Sequence record: DRR378314_581
Strand: one strand, 5' to 3'
Length of the DNA: 41,211 nt
Below the pieces are notes generated by a model. The model ran no database searches, had not been told where the DNA came from, and saw nothing but the letters and a program-made list of their open reading frames with translations. Shown here in pieces: positions 41,009-41,211 of this stretch. Within the stretch, counting starts at the first letter, position 1, and each line of letters opens with the position of its first letter. Made by a program: the position numbers and the translations under genes.

Positions 41009-41085
41009 CCCAGACTGCTTGGCAGTAAGGCGGAATTGAAATTTGGGTATTGTTTTTTTGGATTTTGTCAGCATTTTGCTGATTT

Positions 41086-41159
41086 CGGGATGTGGCGCAG
41101 TCTGGTAGCGTACGCGCATGGGGTGCGCGTGGTCGCTGGTTCGAATCCAGTCATCCCGA
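41086..41159 (+). tRNA. tRNA-Pro (anticodon GGG)
   Basis: Acceptor stem CGGGATG/CATCCCG, D-arm, anticodon arm CGCGC-ATGGGGT-GCGCG, T-arm GGTTCGAATCC; CCA not encoded. Confidence 0.96.
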
Positions 41160-41185
41160 CTTACGTTATTTAAGTAAAATCAAAG

Positions 41186-41211
41186 CACTGTTAATTGTAT
41201 GATTATCAGTG
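41186..41211 (+). terminator. Probable terminator hairpin after the tRNA (cut by the window end)
   Basis: CACTGTTAAT...ATTATCAGTG, 10-bp stem with one mismatch. Confidence 0.5.

Noticed and set aside
40934-41119. 61-aa minus-strand ORF
   Set aside because: Runs antisense through the tRNA and its duplicated fragment; the repeated PHPEI peptide just reflects the DNA duplication
40963-41211. Prophage/ICE attachment site at tRNA-Pro
   Set aside because: The duplicated part is the 5' end, only 123 bp away, and no integrase is in the window; sequence beyond the window end cannot be assessed

Overview
Chromosomal window from a marine Flavobacteriaceae (Bacteroidota). Gene content, TAnnTTTG promoter elements and a T9SS cargo protein support the family; a Muricauda/Flagellimonas-like genus is only my impression. 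Most of the window is core genes: TPR-ribH-mutL-two rhomboids-EEP; parA-parB-dapB-lepB-wbqC; udk-ftsB-methylmalonyl-CoA mutase, divergent from a biotin-dependent acyl-CoA carboxylase; a peptidoglycan-recycling cluster (nagB fusion, ampG, GH3, anmK / deoR, murQ); a PQQ-type sugar dehydrogenase; a 2770-aa SprB-repeat protein; and tRNA-Pro(GGG). The most interesting signal is missed by the ORF track: a family of short REP-like palindromes (core TCGAGCGCAGTCGAGA). Two copies form a perfect 26-bp inverted repeat around a decayed GIY-YIG nuclease gene (20537-20901). One copy is translated in frame inside the mutase small subunit. A related 28-bp unit is inserted twice at the same GCGCAGTC motif, once inside another REP and once inside a duplicated tRNA-Pro 5' fragment. 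Together these suggest a GIY-YIG-linked, target-specific micro-element system. That link is inference; no database searches were run.
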